DNA of 64,000 nucleotides. It comes from an uncultured Alphaproteobacteria bacterium (lineage in GTDB: Bacteria; Pseudomonadota; Alphaproteobacteria; Rhizobiales; Beijerinckiaceae). This document shows positions 35,258 through 45,143 of the stretch, piece by piece. Every line of letters begins with the position of its first letter. The stretch's first letter is position 1. Where the stretch lies: contig CAWCCX010000006.1 in the NCBI GenBank assembly GCA_963794155.1, positions 2,187 through 66,186 on the forward strand. Direction: 5' to 3'. The position numbers were made by a program, and so were the translations under genes. The notes under the pieces were generated by a model. That model was given only the letters and a program-made list of their open reading frames with translations, was not told the origin of the DNA and ran no database searches.

Positions 35258-36913
35258 ATGAACGAGAGAAACATCGCAGTAACGCCGTCGGCCTATTCTT
35301 ATCCTTTGCTGATCAAGCAGCTGCTCCATGCTCCGCTCATGCAGGCCGAGCAGCAAGAGATCGTCTATCGCGATCTTAAACGCATGACGTACGCGGAGCT
35401 GCGCGCCCGGATCGGCCGACTGGGGAGCGCTCTTGCAAAGATTGGCGTGCGCCCGGGCGATACGGTCGGAGTCCTGGACTGGGACAGCAACAGATTTCTT
35501 GAGGCCTTTTTCGCCATCCCGATGATGGGAGTGGTGATGCAGACGGTCAACGTGCGGCTGTCGCCGGAGCAGGTCGCCTATACGATCGACCATGCCGGCT
35601 CTTCGACCCTGCTGGTCAACGACGAGTTCTTCGACCTCGTGCAGTCGATTTTGCCCAAATTGCCCAAGGTCAGGCAGCTTGTCGTTCTCAGCGACCGCAA
35701 GGAGCCGGCGACGGGAGAACTGCAATTCGTCGGCGAATACGAGCAGCTTCTCTCCGCCGCCTCGCCCGACTTTTCCTTTCCTGATTTCGACGAGAATGCC
35801 CAGGCCACGACATTCTACACGACGGGAACCACTGGCCTCCCGAAAGGCGTCTACTACAGCCATCGGCAACTCGTGCTGCATGCTCTGGCGGAGCTCGCTG
35901 TCTTTGGCCTGGCGGAAAAACAAGGCGGCTTCCACCGCGACGACGTCTATATGCCGATCACTCCGATGTTTCACGTGCACGCATGGGGCTTTCCGTGGGC
36001 GGCGACGCTCGCCGGCGTCAAGCAGGTGTATCCCGGCCGATACGATCCTGCGCTGCTCATCAAACTGATCAAGACTGAAGGCGTAACCTTCACTCATGGC
36101 GTGCCGACCATTCTGCAAATGCTGCTCGATGCGGCGACAAAAGCCGACGTCGATCTTGCCGGCCTAAAAATGGTGATCGGCGGCTCGGCGTTGCCAAAAG
36201 CGCTCGCCAGGCAGGCGATGGACAAAGGGGTCGACGTGTTCGCGGGTTACGGCATGTCGGAGACCGGCCCGCTGCTGACCGTGGCGCATCTTCAGTCCAG
36301 CGATCTGTCAGGCGATCCTGATCAGGAGGTCGGGATTCGCGCCAAGGCGGGCCGGGCTTGCCCGCTGGTCGATCTGCGGATTGTGGATCCGGACATGAAG
36401 GATGCGGCTCGAGATGGCGCGACATCGGGCGAAGTCGTGGTCCGAGCCCCCTGGCTTACGAGCGGCTACTTCAACAACCCCGAGGCTTCCGAGCAACTGT
36501 GGGTCGGCGGCTACCTCCACACGAGCGACATCGGGGTGATGAGCCCTGACGGCTATCTCCAAATCACCGACCGAATAAAAGACGTCATCAAGACCGGAGG
36601 CGAATGGATCTCCTCGCTCCAGCTCGAGGACATAATCATGCACCGCGCAGGGGTGGCGGAATGCGCGGTCATCGGGGTCAAGGACGCGAGATGGGGAGAA
36701 CGGCCGCTCGCGCTGATCGTGCGCGATCCAAAAACCACGCCGCCGGTGAGCGAAGAGGAGATCAAGGCCCACGTTCTGACCTACAGCGACAAGGGCGTGA
36801 TCTCGAAATTCGCCGTTCCGCAGAAGATCCTCTTCGTCGACGCGCTGGCCAAGACGAGCGTCGGCAAGTTCGACAAGAGAGCGCTCCGTGCTCAATACGG
36901 CGAATTGGCATGA
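35258..36913 (+). CDS. Medium/long-chain fatty-acid-CoA ligase (AlkK-like)
   Basis: YTTGTTGLPKG, PMFHVHAWG, GYGMSET, DRIKDVIKTGGEWISS, GKFDK. Confidence 0.9.
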   Translation: MNERNIAVTPSAYSYPLLIKQLLHAPLMQAEQQEIVYRDLKRMTYAELRARIGRLGSALAKIGVRPGDTVGVLDWDSNRFLEAFFAIPMMGVVMQTVNVRLSPEQVAYTIDHAGSSTLLVNDEFFDLVQSILPKLPKVRQLVVLSDRKEPATGELQFVGEYEQLLSAASPDFSFPDFDENAQATTFYTTGTTGLPKGVYYSHRQLVLHALAELAVFGLAEKQGGFHRDDVYMPITPMFHVHAWGFPWAATLAGVKQVYPGRYDPALLIKLIKTEGVTFTHGVPTILQMLLDAATKADVDLAGLKMVIGGSALPKALARQAMDKGVDVFAGYGMSETGPLLTVAHLQSSDLSGDPDQEVGIRAKAGRACPLVDLRIVDPDMKDAARDGATSGEVVVRAPWLTSGYFNNPEASEQLWVGGYLHTSDIGVMSPDGYLQITDRIKDVIKTGGEWISSLQLEDIIMHRAGVAECAVIGVKDARWGERPLALIVRDPKTTPPVSEEEIKAHVLTYSDKGVISKFAVPQKILFVDALAKTSVGKFDKRALRAQYGELA

Positions 36914-38619
36914 CGCGCGCCCCAACGTCCGGACCCGAGGCGGAGCCGCAGCCGGACTCCCTGTTGGACGAAGCGGCCCGCAACACGCTGGCCCTGAACC
37001 CGCTCATTGGTCTCCGCGGCGAGGACCTGGTGGACAGCGCCGCAATTTTGCTGAGGGCCGTGGTCAATGAGCCGGCCGTCGCCGGCGGCCAGTGGCTATC
37101 GTTGCTCGGCGAATTGGGGACAATTGGCGCGGGCCAATCCGACCGCGTCCAGCAATCAGGAGACAAGCGCTTCGCCGATGCGACGTGGAAAAACAGCGCA
37201 GCGCACCGCAGACTGCTTCAGGCCTATCTCGCCTGGGGCGACGCGCTGAACGGCTTCATCGACAAGACGAGTCTTAACGATATCGATAAGTCACGCGCCC
37301 GGCTGATCGCCGGCATCTTTATCGATGCCGCTTCGCCGACAAACAATCCAATGAGCAATCCGGCTGCGGTCCGGCAGTTCCTTGACACCGGTGGGGAGAG
37401 CCTGTGGCGCGGATTCAAAAACTATCTCGCGGATCTCGTTGAAAATGGAGGACTGCCCGCGCAGGTTGACAAGGCGCCCTTCAAGCTCGGCATCAACATC
37501 GCGACAACTCCTGGAGCTGTCGTCTTCCGCAATGAGGTCCTGGAGGTCATTCAATACAAGACGACTGCGACGGACGTGCGCAAGCGCCCGCTTGTCATCA
37601 CGCCGCCCCAGATCAATAAGTTTTATTCACTTGATCTTTCGCCTGAAAAGAGTCTCGTTCAGTACCTTTTGAAAAGCGGCATCCAGGTGTTCTGCGTCAG
37701 TTGGCGCAACCCGACCGCCAAAGAGCGCGAATGGGGCCTCGATACGTATGTCGCCGCACTCGACGAGGGGACCGACGCTGTTCGGGAGATCACGAACTCA
37801 GACGACGTCACGATGATGGGCGCCTGCTCTGGAGGAATAACCTCCGCTGCATATGCGGGATGGCTCGCGGGCACGGGCGAGGCGAAGATCAAGAACCTCG
37901 TCATCCCGGTCTGCGTGCTCGATATGACCACTGCGGGAGACAGCGCGATTGGTCCCCTGGTGACGCCCGAAACGTTGGGCGCCGCCAAACGTGCGTCGCA
38001 GCTGCGAGGCGTCCTCGACGGTCAAGACCTCGCGCGCGTGTTCGCGTGGATGCGCCCCAACGATTTGATTTGGAATTACTGGGTGAACAACTACTTGCTG
38101 GGCAACCAGCCTCCGGCTTTCGATATCCTCTTCTGGAACGCCGACACGACCTCGCTGCCAGCGCGACTGCATCACGACTACATCGACATGTTTTCCACGA
38201 ACCCCTTCGTCAACGCCAATAAGCTCATCCTGAATGGGGCTGCCATCGACATGAGGCGGGTGAAGCTCGACGCCTATGTCGTGGCCGGAGTCACCGACCA
38301 CATCACGCCGTGGAAGTCGGTCTATCGCACTGCCAAGATCTTTGGCGACAAGACGACTTTCATCCTGTCGAACAGCGGCCATTTGCAGAGTTCTGATCAA
38401 TCCGCCAACCAATGCAAAGGCGTCCTTTGTCGAGGGAACCGCGAAGGCTCCGGATGGAGACGCGTTTGTTGCCGCCGGGGAAAAAGGGAGCGGCAGCTGG
38501 TGGCCGCACTGGCGGGATTGGCTCTTCGAGCGCTCAGGAGCGGAAATCCCGTCGCCCGCAAGTCTCGGCAGCAAACGTCACCCACCCGGCGCGCCTGCGC
38601 CCGGCACATATGTCTTTGA
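36910..38619 (+). CDS. phaC: Class II poly(3-hydroxyalkanoate) synthase, +1 frameshift at 38391-38392
   Basis: DKRFADATW, PPQINKFY, lipase box GACSGG, WNYWVNNYLLG, DHITPW, SGH, GSWWPHW. Confidence 0.92.
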   Translation: MTRAPTSGPEAEPQPDSLLDEAARNTLALNPLIGLRGEDLVDSAAILLRAVVNEPAVAGGQWLSLLGELGTIGAGQSDRVQQSGDKRFADATWKNSAAHRRLLQAYLAWGDALNGFIDKTSLNDIDKSRARLIAGIFIDAASPTNNPMSNPAAVRQFLDTGGESLWRGFKNYLADLVENGGLPAQVDKAPFKLGINIATTPGAVVFRNEVLEVIQYKTTATDVRKRPLVITPPQINKFYSLDLSPEKSLVQYLLKSGIQVFCVSWRNPTAKEREWGLDTYVAALDEGTDAVREITNSDDVTMMGACSGGITSAAYAGWLAGTGEAKIKNLVIPVCVLDMTTAGDSAIGPLVTPETLGAAKRASQLRGVLDGQDLARVFAWMRPNDLIWNYWVNNYLLGNQPPAFDILFWNADTTSLPARLHHDYIDMFSTNPFVNANKLILNGAAIDMRRVKLDAYVVAGVTDHITPWKSVYRTAKIFGDKTTFILSNSGHLQSSDQSANQCKGVLCRGNREGSGWRRVCCRRGKRERQLVAALAGLALRALRSGNPVARKSRQQTSPTRRACARHICL

Positions 38620-38622
38620 CTA

Positions 38623-39480
38623 ATGCGCGAAGCGATTCGCAGGCTCGAGCGAGCCGTCATGCTTGACGATGAAACGGACTCCGCCGAATTCGACATTCGG
38701 ATGATTGAAGTTGGCGCGCAGCCATTGCGCGTCGCCGTCAAAGACGGTCCTAAGGGTCGGCCTCCGTTCCTGCTGTTCAACGGCATCGGCGCCAACCTCG
38801 AATTGGCGAAGCCATTCATGCGCGCGATGAAGCGCACAAAAGTGATCATATTCGACGTGCCTGGTGTTGGCGGATCCCCGCCGCCCGCTTCACCGTATCG
38901 TCCCTCGTCAATCGCCCGTCTGGGCGCGCAGCTCTTGACGCAACTGGGACACGCGCGGGCCGATATCGGCGGCGTCTCATGGGGCGGCGGGATGGCGCAG
39001 CAGTTCGCCCATCAGCACTACGATATGTGCCGAAGGCTGCTGCTGGCGGCCACATCGCCGGGGGCGGTGATGGTCCCCGGCGATCCCCGGGTCTTGTGGA
39101 AAATGGCGACGCCACGCCGCTATATCGACAAGGAATACATGCGCCGCATCGCTCCGGAGATCTACGGCGGCGCTTTCCGCCAACATCCGAAGCTTATCGC
39201 AAATTACGCCGAGGGCATGGCTGGAGCGAGCGGTCGCGGATACCTTTACCAGGTTCTGGCGATGACCGGCTGGACCAGCCTGCCGTGGCTTTGGACCTTG
39301 AAGCAGCCGACACTCATTCTGGCCGGGAGCGACGATCCCATCGTCCCGCCCATCAACGCGCGGGTGATGGCGCGCCTCATGCCGAACGCCCGCCTCGAGA
39401 TCCTTGATGACGGTCATCTTTTTTTCGTGACGCGGCCGATCGAGACGGCGGCGATCATCGAGAAGTTCTTGGCGCAATGA
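38623..39480 (+). CDS. phaZ: Intracellular PHA depolymerase (Pseudomonas mcl type)
   Basis: LLFNGIGANLEL, FDVPGVGGSP, GVSWGG, MATPRRY, GYLYQ, DDPIVP, DDGHLF. Confidence 0.9.
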   Translation: MREAIRRLERAVMLDDETDSAEFDIRMIEVGAQPLRVAVKDGPKGRPPFLLFNGIGANLELAKPFMRAMKRTKVIIFDVPGVGGSPPPASPYRPSSIARLGAQLLTQLGHARADIGGVSWGGGMAQQFAHQHYDMCRRLLLAATSPGAVMVPGDPRVLWKMATPRRYIDKEYMRRIAPEIYGGAFRQHPKLIANYAEGMAGASGRGYLYQVLAMTGWTSLPWLWTLKQPTLILAGSDDPIVPPINARVMARLMPNARLEILDDGHLFFVTRPIETAAIIEKFLAQ

Positions 39481-39519
39481 GACAGACGGCCATGACGCAA
39501 GCGCTTATCCGGGAGATCC

Positions 39520-39990
39520 GTGGTGCCTAAATTCACTCTTTCCGAGTTGCCTCAATATGTTGGAAAAGAGCTCGGCGTTTCGAAATGGGTGACGGTGGAT
39601 CAGGCCCGGATCGACCAGTTCGCTGAATGCAGCGGCGACCGTCAATGGATCCACGTCGATGTGGCGCGCGCAAAACGCGAGAGTCCGTATCGAGCGCCGA
39701 TCGCGCACGGCTACCTGACACTTGCGCTCGTTGCGCCGTTACAGATGGAGATCGGAGCAGTTCCAGCTGATTCCGCGGCCGCGTTCAACTATGGCCTGGA
39801 CAAGGTGCGCTTCCTTGCGCCGGTCAAGGCTGGCGACCGAGTGCGGCTGCGCGTCGCGCTTGTGAATGTTGAGCAGAAAGGCGGAGGGGTGGTGCTGAAA
39901 ACGAGCAACACCCTTGAGATCCAAGGCTCGGACAAGCCGGCGCTCATCGCTGAATTGCTGGCGCTGATCACACCGCGCAAACCCGTCTGA
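39520..39990 (+). CDS. MaoC-family (R)-specific enoyl-CoA hydratase (PhaJ/NodN-like)
   Basis: IDQFAECSGDRQWIHVD, PIAHGYLTL, NYGLDKVRF. Confidence 0.88.
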   Translation: MVPKFTLSELPQYVGKELGVSKWVTVDQARIDQFAECSGDRQWIHVDVARAKRESPYRAPIAHGYLTLALVAPLQMEIGAVPADSAAAFNYGLDKVRFLAPVKAGDRVRLRVALVNVEQKGGGVVLKTSNTLEIQGSDKPALIAELLALITPRKPV

Positions 39991-40019
39991 TACGCGCGGC
40001 AACACGAGGAGGAAAAGAG

Positions 40020-40457
40020 ATGACCACAGAGTCCTTTATCGACCAGATCAAGGCGTTCGGCGCCCGCCTGGGTTTACCCAAAGTCGATGTCGACAAGCTG
40101 GTCGACATGCAACTGAAGAACATCGACGCGCTCGGGCGGTCGGCTCGAACAGCCGGGGAAGGAGCGAAGGCGATTGCCGACAAGCAGCGCGAGATCTTCG
40201 ACGCGGCGTTCAAGGAGACCTCGGCGATGGTGAAGGACTTTCATCCGTCGGGAGACCCGCAGGCAATCCTGGCCAAACAAAAGGACTATGCAAAAAGGGC
40301 GTTCGAACTCACGATGCAGAATACGCGGGACATCGCCGGACTGACCGCGAAAACCACCACCGACGCAACAGCGATCATCAGGGAGAGGTTGCGAGCAAGC
40401 CTTACTGAGCTGCGCGACAGCGTGAGCCGCGCAGGCAGCGAGGCGGAGAAGAAATAA
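40020..40457 (+). CDS. phaP: Phasin family protein
   Basis: GAGGAGG RBS, helical 145-aa protein, QLKNIDAL...KQREIF, position in the pha cluster. Confidence 0.75.
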   Translation: MTTESFIDQIKAFGARLGLPKVDVDKLVDMQLKNIDALGRSARTAGEGAKAIADKQREIFDAAFKETSAMVKDFHPSGDPQAILAKQKDYAKRAFELTMQNTRDIAGLTAKTTTDATAIIRERLRASLTELRDSVSRAGSEAEKK

Positions 40458-40559
40458 GGCTGTCGTTCCGCTCCGCTAAGCGAAGCTCGCTCTCGCAGCG
40501 CGATCGAGGCTGAGATTTGGTCTCCAGGGTGACAACTGAGAGCGACATAGGAGGAGGAG

Positions 40560-41789
40560 ATGGACCGCACGCTGGCCGATCGAGCTCTCGCGAAGGAGAA
40601 AAGGTTCGTCCCTCCTACCGTCAACGGCGATTTCTATCGGATCGCCGACCTGCTCGACCCAAAAGAGCAGGCAATCGTCAGGCGGACGCGCGCGTTCATG
40701 GAAACCGAAGTCGCGCCGATCATCGAGGACTATTGGGCAAGAGACCAATTTCCGCACGAGATTATCCCGAAGCTCGCGTCGCTTGACGTCCACATCGCTG
40801 GCGTAGGGTATCAGGGATATGGAAGCGCCGGCGGCAGTTGGCTCCTAAGCGGGCTCATCGCCATGGAACTGGCGCGCGTCGACTCGTCGATCGCCACCTT
40901 CTGGGGCGTTCACACCGGGCTTTCGGCCGGCTCGATCTATCTCTGCGGCGATGAGAGTCAAAAACAACGCTGGCTGCCGCCGATGATGCGCTGGGAAAAG
41001 ATCGGGTCCTTCGGGCTGACCGAGCCGCTAGTAGGCTCGGCGACATCGGGCGGCATGATGACCACATGTCGCAAGGAAGGCGATGGGTGGGTCCTGAACG
41101 GACAAAAGAAGTGGATCGGCAACTCGACCTTTGCGGATCTCAATGTGATCTGGGCGCGCGACGAAGCCTCGGGACAGGTCAAGGGCTTTGTGGTTGGGAA
41201 GGACAATCCCGGCTTCTCGGTCGAGAAAATCAAGACCAAGATGGCGCTAAGAGTTGTGCAGAACGGGCTCATCACGCTCAAGGATTGCTGGGCGCCCGAG
41301 TCTGACCGCCTGCAGAACGCCAATACCTTCAAGGACTGCGCGAAGGTGCTGAGGATGACGCGAACCGGGGTCGCATGGTTCGCGGTGGGCTGCGCGATGG
41401 GCGCCTACGAGCACGCGCTGCGCTATGCGCTCGAGCGCAAGCAATTCGGCAAGCCAATAGGCGGGTTCCAGCTCGTTCAGGATCTGCTGGTGCGGATGCT
41501 CGGCAACGTCACAGCCTGTCAGGCGATGATGCTGAGGCTCGCCCAATTGCAAGACCAAGGCGCAATAGAGGACGAACACGCTTCGCTGGCCAAGGCTTTT
41601 ACCACAGTCAAGTGCCGCGAAACGGTTGGCTATGCGCGCGAACTCCTCGGCGGCAATGGGATCCTGCTCGAGAACCATATCGGCCGTTTTGTGGCCGACG
41701 CAGAGGCCATCTATTCCTACGAAGGCACGCGCGAGATGAACACGCTCATCGTCGGCAAGGCCATCACGGGGCTTAGCGCGTTCGTTTAG
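40560..41789 (+). CDS. Acyl-CoA dehydrogenase (glutaryl-CoA dehydrogenase/ACX4-like)
   Basis: FGLTEP, LNGQKKWIGN, RKQFGKPI, LLGGNG, IYSYEGT. Confidence 0.9.
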   Translation: MDRTLADRALAKEKRFVPPTVNGDFYRIADLLDPKEQAIVRRTRAFMETEVAPIIEDYWARDQFPHEIIPKLASLDVHIAGVGYQGYGSAGGSWLLSGLIAMELARVDSSIATFWGVHTGLSAGSIYLCGDESQKQRWLPPMMRWEKIGSFGLTEPLVGSATSGGMMTTCRKEGDGWVLNGQKKWIGNSTFADLNVIWARDEASGQVKGFVVGKDNPGFSVEKIKTKMALRVVQNGLITLKDCWAPESDRLQNANTFKDCAKVLRMTRTGVAWFAVGCAMGAYEHALRYALERKQFGKPIGGFQLVQDLLVRMLGNVTACQAMMLRLAQLQDQGAIEDEHASLAKAFTTVKCRETVGYARELLGGNGILLENHIGRFVADAEAIYSYEGTREMNTLIVGKAITGLSAFV

Positions 41790-41915
41790 GCCACTCGCGT
41801 CGTCTTGGGTTGCGTTCGATAAGAAATCCTGAGTTTCGCCATCCTCTTCGGCGGCCGCGGCGGCTTGAGCAAAAAGACCTGCGCTGAACCCACAAATGCT
41901 ACAAACGGAGAATCG

Positions 41916-42377
41916 ATGGCCGACCATACTGCGATTTCGCCCGCAGAAGTCGCCGATCGCTTGGCGATTCGGGAGCTGATCGACGCCTACGCCCATTGCG
42001 CCGACCGCCGCGTTGCGGCCGGACAAATGGCGCTGTTCACCGCCGACGCTCATTTCGTCGTCTTCATGAACAGCCGGGACCGGCAGCCTAGTCAGGAGTT
42101 TCATCGCCGAGAGGATCTTGCTCCGGTCTTCGACCACCTGAACGCCTATGAGGCGACGATGCACTTCAATGGTCAGAGCACCATCGTCTTGAGCGGGGAC
42201 CGGGCGACCGGCGAGAGCTACTGCCTCGCTCACCATGTGAGCGTCGTCGACGGCAAACGCAGCCTTATGGTGGCGTCAATCCGTTATCTCGATGAGTTCG
42301 TGAAGGAAAACGGGCGATGGCTCTTCAGCGAGCGGGCGTTGATGGCCGACTGGATCGAGACTAAGCCTCTGAACTAG
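41916..42377 (+). CDS. SnoaL-like / NTF2-family protein
   Basis: ADRLAIRELIDAYAHCADRR, TMHFNGQ, GESYCLAHH, RYLDEFVKENGRWLFSER. Confidence 0.85.
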   Translation: MADHTAISPAEVADRLAIRELIDAYAHCADRRVAAGQMALFTADAHFVVFMNSRDRQPSQEFHRREDLAPVFDHLNAYEATMHFNGQSTIVLSGDRATGESYCLAHHVSVVDGKRSLMVASIRYLDEFVKENGRWLFSERALMADWIETKPLN

Positions 42378-42438
42378 AAGTCCCCTTCCGCTTTCGTCCG
42401 AATGCGCCGCGCGGCGCCCGCCTCGACGATCCCTGGTT

Positions 42439-43095
42439 TCAATGTTCCTCCGCTCGGGCCGCAAGCATCTTGATCGCCGCCGCCGCCGCGCCAAAGCCAT
42501 TGTCGATATTGACGACCACAAGGCCGGGCGAGCAGCTTGCGAGCGCCGCGTGCAGCGCGGTCACTCCGCCCGCGGCGACCCCATAGCCAACCGACGTTGG
42601 AACCGCGATGACAGGCGCAGTGACGAGGCCGGCAAGAACGCTGAACAAGGCGCCTTCCATGCCGGCTACTCCGATCAAGACGCGGAAACGGCGAATCTCT
42701 TCGATGCGGTCCATCAGCCGCCAAAGTCCGGCGACCCCGACATCGGCGATGACCGGAGCGTCATGGCCGCAGAATGCGAGCGTGCGCGCAGCTTCCCTGG
42801 CGACAGGCAAGTCTGAGGTCCCGGCCGCCACAATGCCCACGCCCGAGCGCACAACGTCAGCGACGGCGCCAAGAACGGCGGTAGCCGAAAGCGATTCATA
42901 GTCGAGAAACTTGGCGGACGCCTCGGACAAGGCGGCGTATTCGGCTTGACCCAGGCGCGTGAAGAGCAAGCGCCGGCCGGCGCGATGGGCCGACGCAATG
43001 ACGGCTTCAAGCTGGGCTGCGCTTTTCCCCTCGCATAAGATCGCTTCCGGCACGCCGGTTCGGCGATCTCGAGCCCAATCGATCTGGAAATCCAA
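42439..43095 (-). CDS. larB: Nickel-pincer cofactor biosynthesis protein LarB
   Basis: RRTGVPEAILCEGK, AAGTSDLPVA, DVGVAGLWR, VAGMEGAL, PTSVGYG, VVNIDNGFGAA. Confidence 0.93.
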   Translation of the reverse strand: MDFQIDWARDRRTGVPEAILCEGKSAAQLEAVIASAHRAGRRLLFTRLGQAEYAALSEASAKFLDYESLSATAVLGAVADVVRSGVGIVAAGTSDLPVAREAARTLAFCGHDAPVIADVGVAGLWRLMDRIEEIRRFRVLIGVAGMEGALFSVLAGLVTAPVIAVPTSVGYGVAAGGVTALHAALASCSPGLVVVNIDNGFGAAAAAIKMLAARAEEH

Positions 43096-43098
43096 TAC

Positions 43099-43884
43099 CT
43101 ATCCCCGAACGAACATCGAACCGCGGCGGTAGCGCTGAACTCCAGCGAAGGATCGGCCGCTTTCCGTGCAAAGCTCACATGCAATCTTGGTCAGCTCACC
43201 GAAATCTTCGACCTCGTGGCCGACCTCGACGACGACGCCCGCGCGGGTTATGCGGCAGCGCAACGTCGCGTTTGGCGCGACAAACCGCGCGAGTCGCATC
43301 TCGACCGCGTCGACGAAGATGAGGTCCGCCGCGTTGATGGCGATTCCAGTTTCTATCCGGCTCGCCAGACATGGCTGAGCCGACAGCTCCGAAATCTCAT
43401 CGAGTCCCTGTCTGCGGGCCAGCATACGGATCGAGGCCTTGCTCATTCCCGCCTCGATGAAGGGATGGACGACGTTGCGTTCCGCGGCGGCCAGCAGCCC
43501 CGGCCGATAATCTTCCAGATCGTCCAGGTTGGCGCCGGAGGCCATAACGTAGGGCGTGAGCTCGCGAATGCGCTCATAGAGGTTCGTCTTGCAAAAATAG
43601 CAGCGATCGGCGGGATTGTCGCGATAGCGGACATCCTCGAACTCGCCGGCGCCCGTGACGGTCAATTTCCAGCCTTCCGCTTTGGCAAGGGCGCGAACGC
43701 GGTCGGTGGCGGACGGCGGCACTGCCGGCGAGACCGCATGAACGACGCACACCTCCACCGCGCCCAGGCGATGAGCGAAGGTCGCCAATGTGATGCTGTC
43801 CACACCGCCGCTCACCGCTACGGACAGTCCCCTGTGGCGGCCGATCGCCGCTGCGAGCCGGCTATCGTCGTCGGCCAGGGTCAT
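43099..43884 (-). CDS. larE: Sulfur insertase LarE
   Basis: PP-loop SGGVDS, NPADRCYFCK, GANLDDLEDYRPG, PCLASRI. Confidence 0.9.
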   Translation of the reverse strand: MTLADDDSRLAAAIGRHRGLSVAVSGGVDSITLATFAHRLGAVEVCVVHAVSPAVPPSATDRVRALAKAEGWKLTVTGAGEFEDVRYRDNPADRCYFCKTNLYERIRELTPYVMASGANLDDLEDYRPGLLAAAERNVVHPFIEAGMSKASIRMLARRQGLDEISELSAQPCLASRIETGIAINAADLIFVDAVEMRLARFVAPNATLRCRITRAGVVVEVGHEVEDFGELTKIACELCTESGRSFAGVQRYRRGSMFVRG

Positions 43885-45140
43885 TCCTCACGCCCTGCTT
43901 CAGTGAGGCGTTTCATGCGTCGTCGCGCCTCGAGACTGTCGCCGATGAGATCCTCGCTCTCAGCCTTTGCGGTCATTTCTCCGTCGGGGCGCTGCGTCGC
44001 CTTGACACCGACTGGTCGGCCGTCCAACTCGGTTATCGAATTCCGCCTCGACAACTTGACCCTCGATTCCTCGCGGATTCGAAGGCCGATCGTCGAGGTT
44101 TCCGAAAAGCAGCGGTCGATTGCGATGGAAGCGGCTTCCGGCCGCACCAGGAGGCGGAAAGCGTCCATGCTCCTTCCCTTCTTGCCCAAACGATGACCGA
44201 TCGACAGATCGAGAACCCCAGCTACGCGCCGCAGCCGATCGGCTGCAACCGCAATCTCTTCCCCGGTCATATCGTCGATCTCGAAGCTTATCACGGCGAC
44301 GCGGCTCTGCTCGGCCGGATCGATCTCGGCGAATACGAGCGCGCGCAGGACATTCGCCATGCCCGGCAGACTTCGGGTTCCCGCCCCCGTGCCGACGGCC
44401 TGCAGTCGCCCCAGGGCGTAAACCTGTCGAGGCTGACCGACCAGGTGCTTGAGGATCGCGGCGCCAGTCGGCGTCACCCTCTCGCCGCTGACGCCGTCGT
44501 CGAGCCAAGGGAATCCCGTGAGGATGGAAGCGGTCGCCGGCGCCGGGACCGGAAGCAGCCCGTGCCGCGTCTGCGTGAGCCCACCGCCGCGGGGCAACGC
44601 AGAGACAGTCCAGCACGCGCTGCCCAGTGCGGCGGCGATGCTGCCGGCGGCAACCACATCGACGAGCGAGTCCCAATCAGCGATTTCGTGAAACTGCACG
44701 GCGTCGATTGGGATTCGATGGATTAAGGCCTCCGCCTCGGCGATGATGGAGAGAATGGCGACGGCGTGATCGGCCGCCCCGGGGCTTAGCGGAGCGGAAC
44801 GGATGCGGCCCACCATCTCCGGAAAGTTGCCCGCGCTGCTACCATGATCGTTCTGGGCGACGGACATTTCATTATGGTGATCGTGGTCGCCATGATCATG
44901 CTGCGAATGTCCGACGCCACGATCCGGATGGACCTCGCCCTGCCCGGCAAGCCCGAACCGGAGCGCGCGCAAGCTGCCGCTTGTCGCCTCGATGAGCGCC
45001 GGGGAACCGACGCCAGGCGGCAATGAGGCGATTGCATCGCCCAGCACCTTTGCTCGTAAATTCGGCAGAGCGTCCAGCATGGCGGCGACAAACATGTCGC
45101 CGGCGATCCCGCCCACTACATCGAGATGAATGGTCGTCAT
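43881..45140 (-). CDS. larC: Nickel insertase LarC
   Basis: GIAGDM, His-rich HSQHDHGDHDHH, FHEIADWDS, TPTGAAIL, IDDMTGE, KKGR, TSTIGLR. Confidence 0.93.
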   Translation of the reverse strand: MTTIHLDVVGGIAGDMFVAAMLDALPNLRAKVLGDAIASLPPGVGSPALIEATSGSLRALRFGLAGQGEVHPDRGVGHSQHDHGDHDHHNEMSVAQNDHGSSAGNFPEMVGRIRSAPLSPGAADHAVAILSIIAEAEALIHRIPIDAVQFHEIADWDSLVDVVAAGSIAAALGSACWTVSALPRGGGLTQTRHGLLPVPAPATASILTGFPWLDDGVSGERVTPTGAAILKHLVGQPRQVYALGRLQAVGTGAGTRSLPGMANVLRALVFAEIDPAEQSRVAVISFEIDDMTGEEIAVAADRLRRVAGVLDLSIGHRLGKKGRSMDAFRLLVRPEAASIAIDRCFSETSTIGLRIREESRVKLSRRNSITELDGRPVGVKATQRPDGEMTAKAESEDLIGDSLEARRRMKRLTEAGREE

Positions 45141-45143
45141 CGC

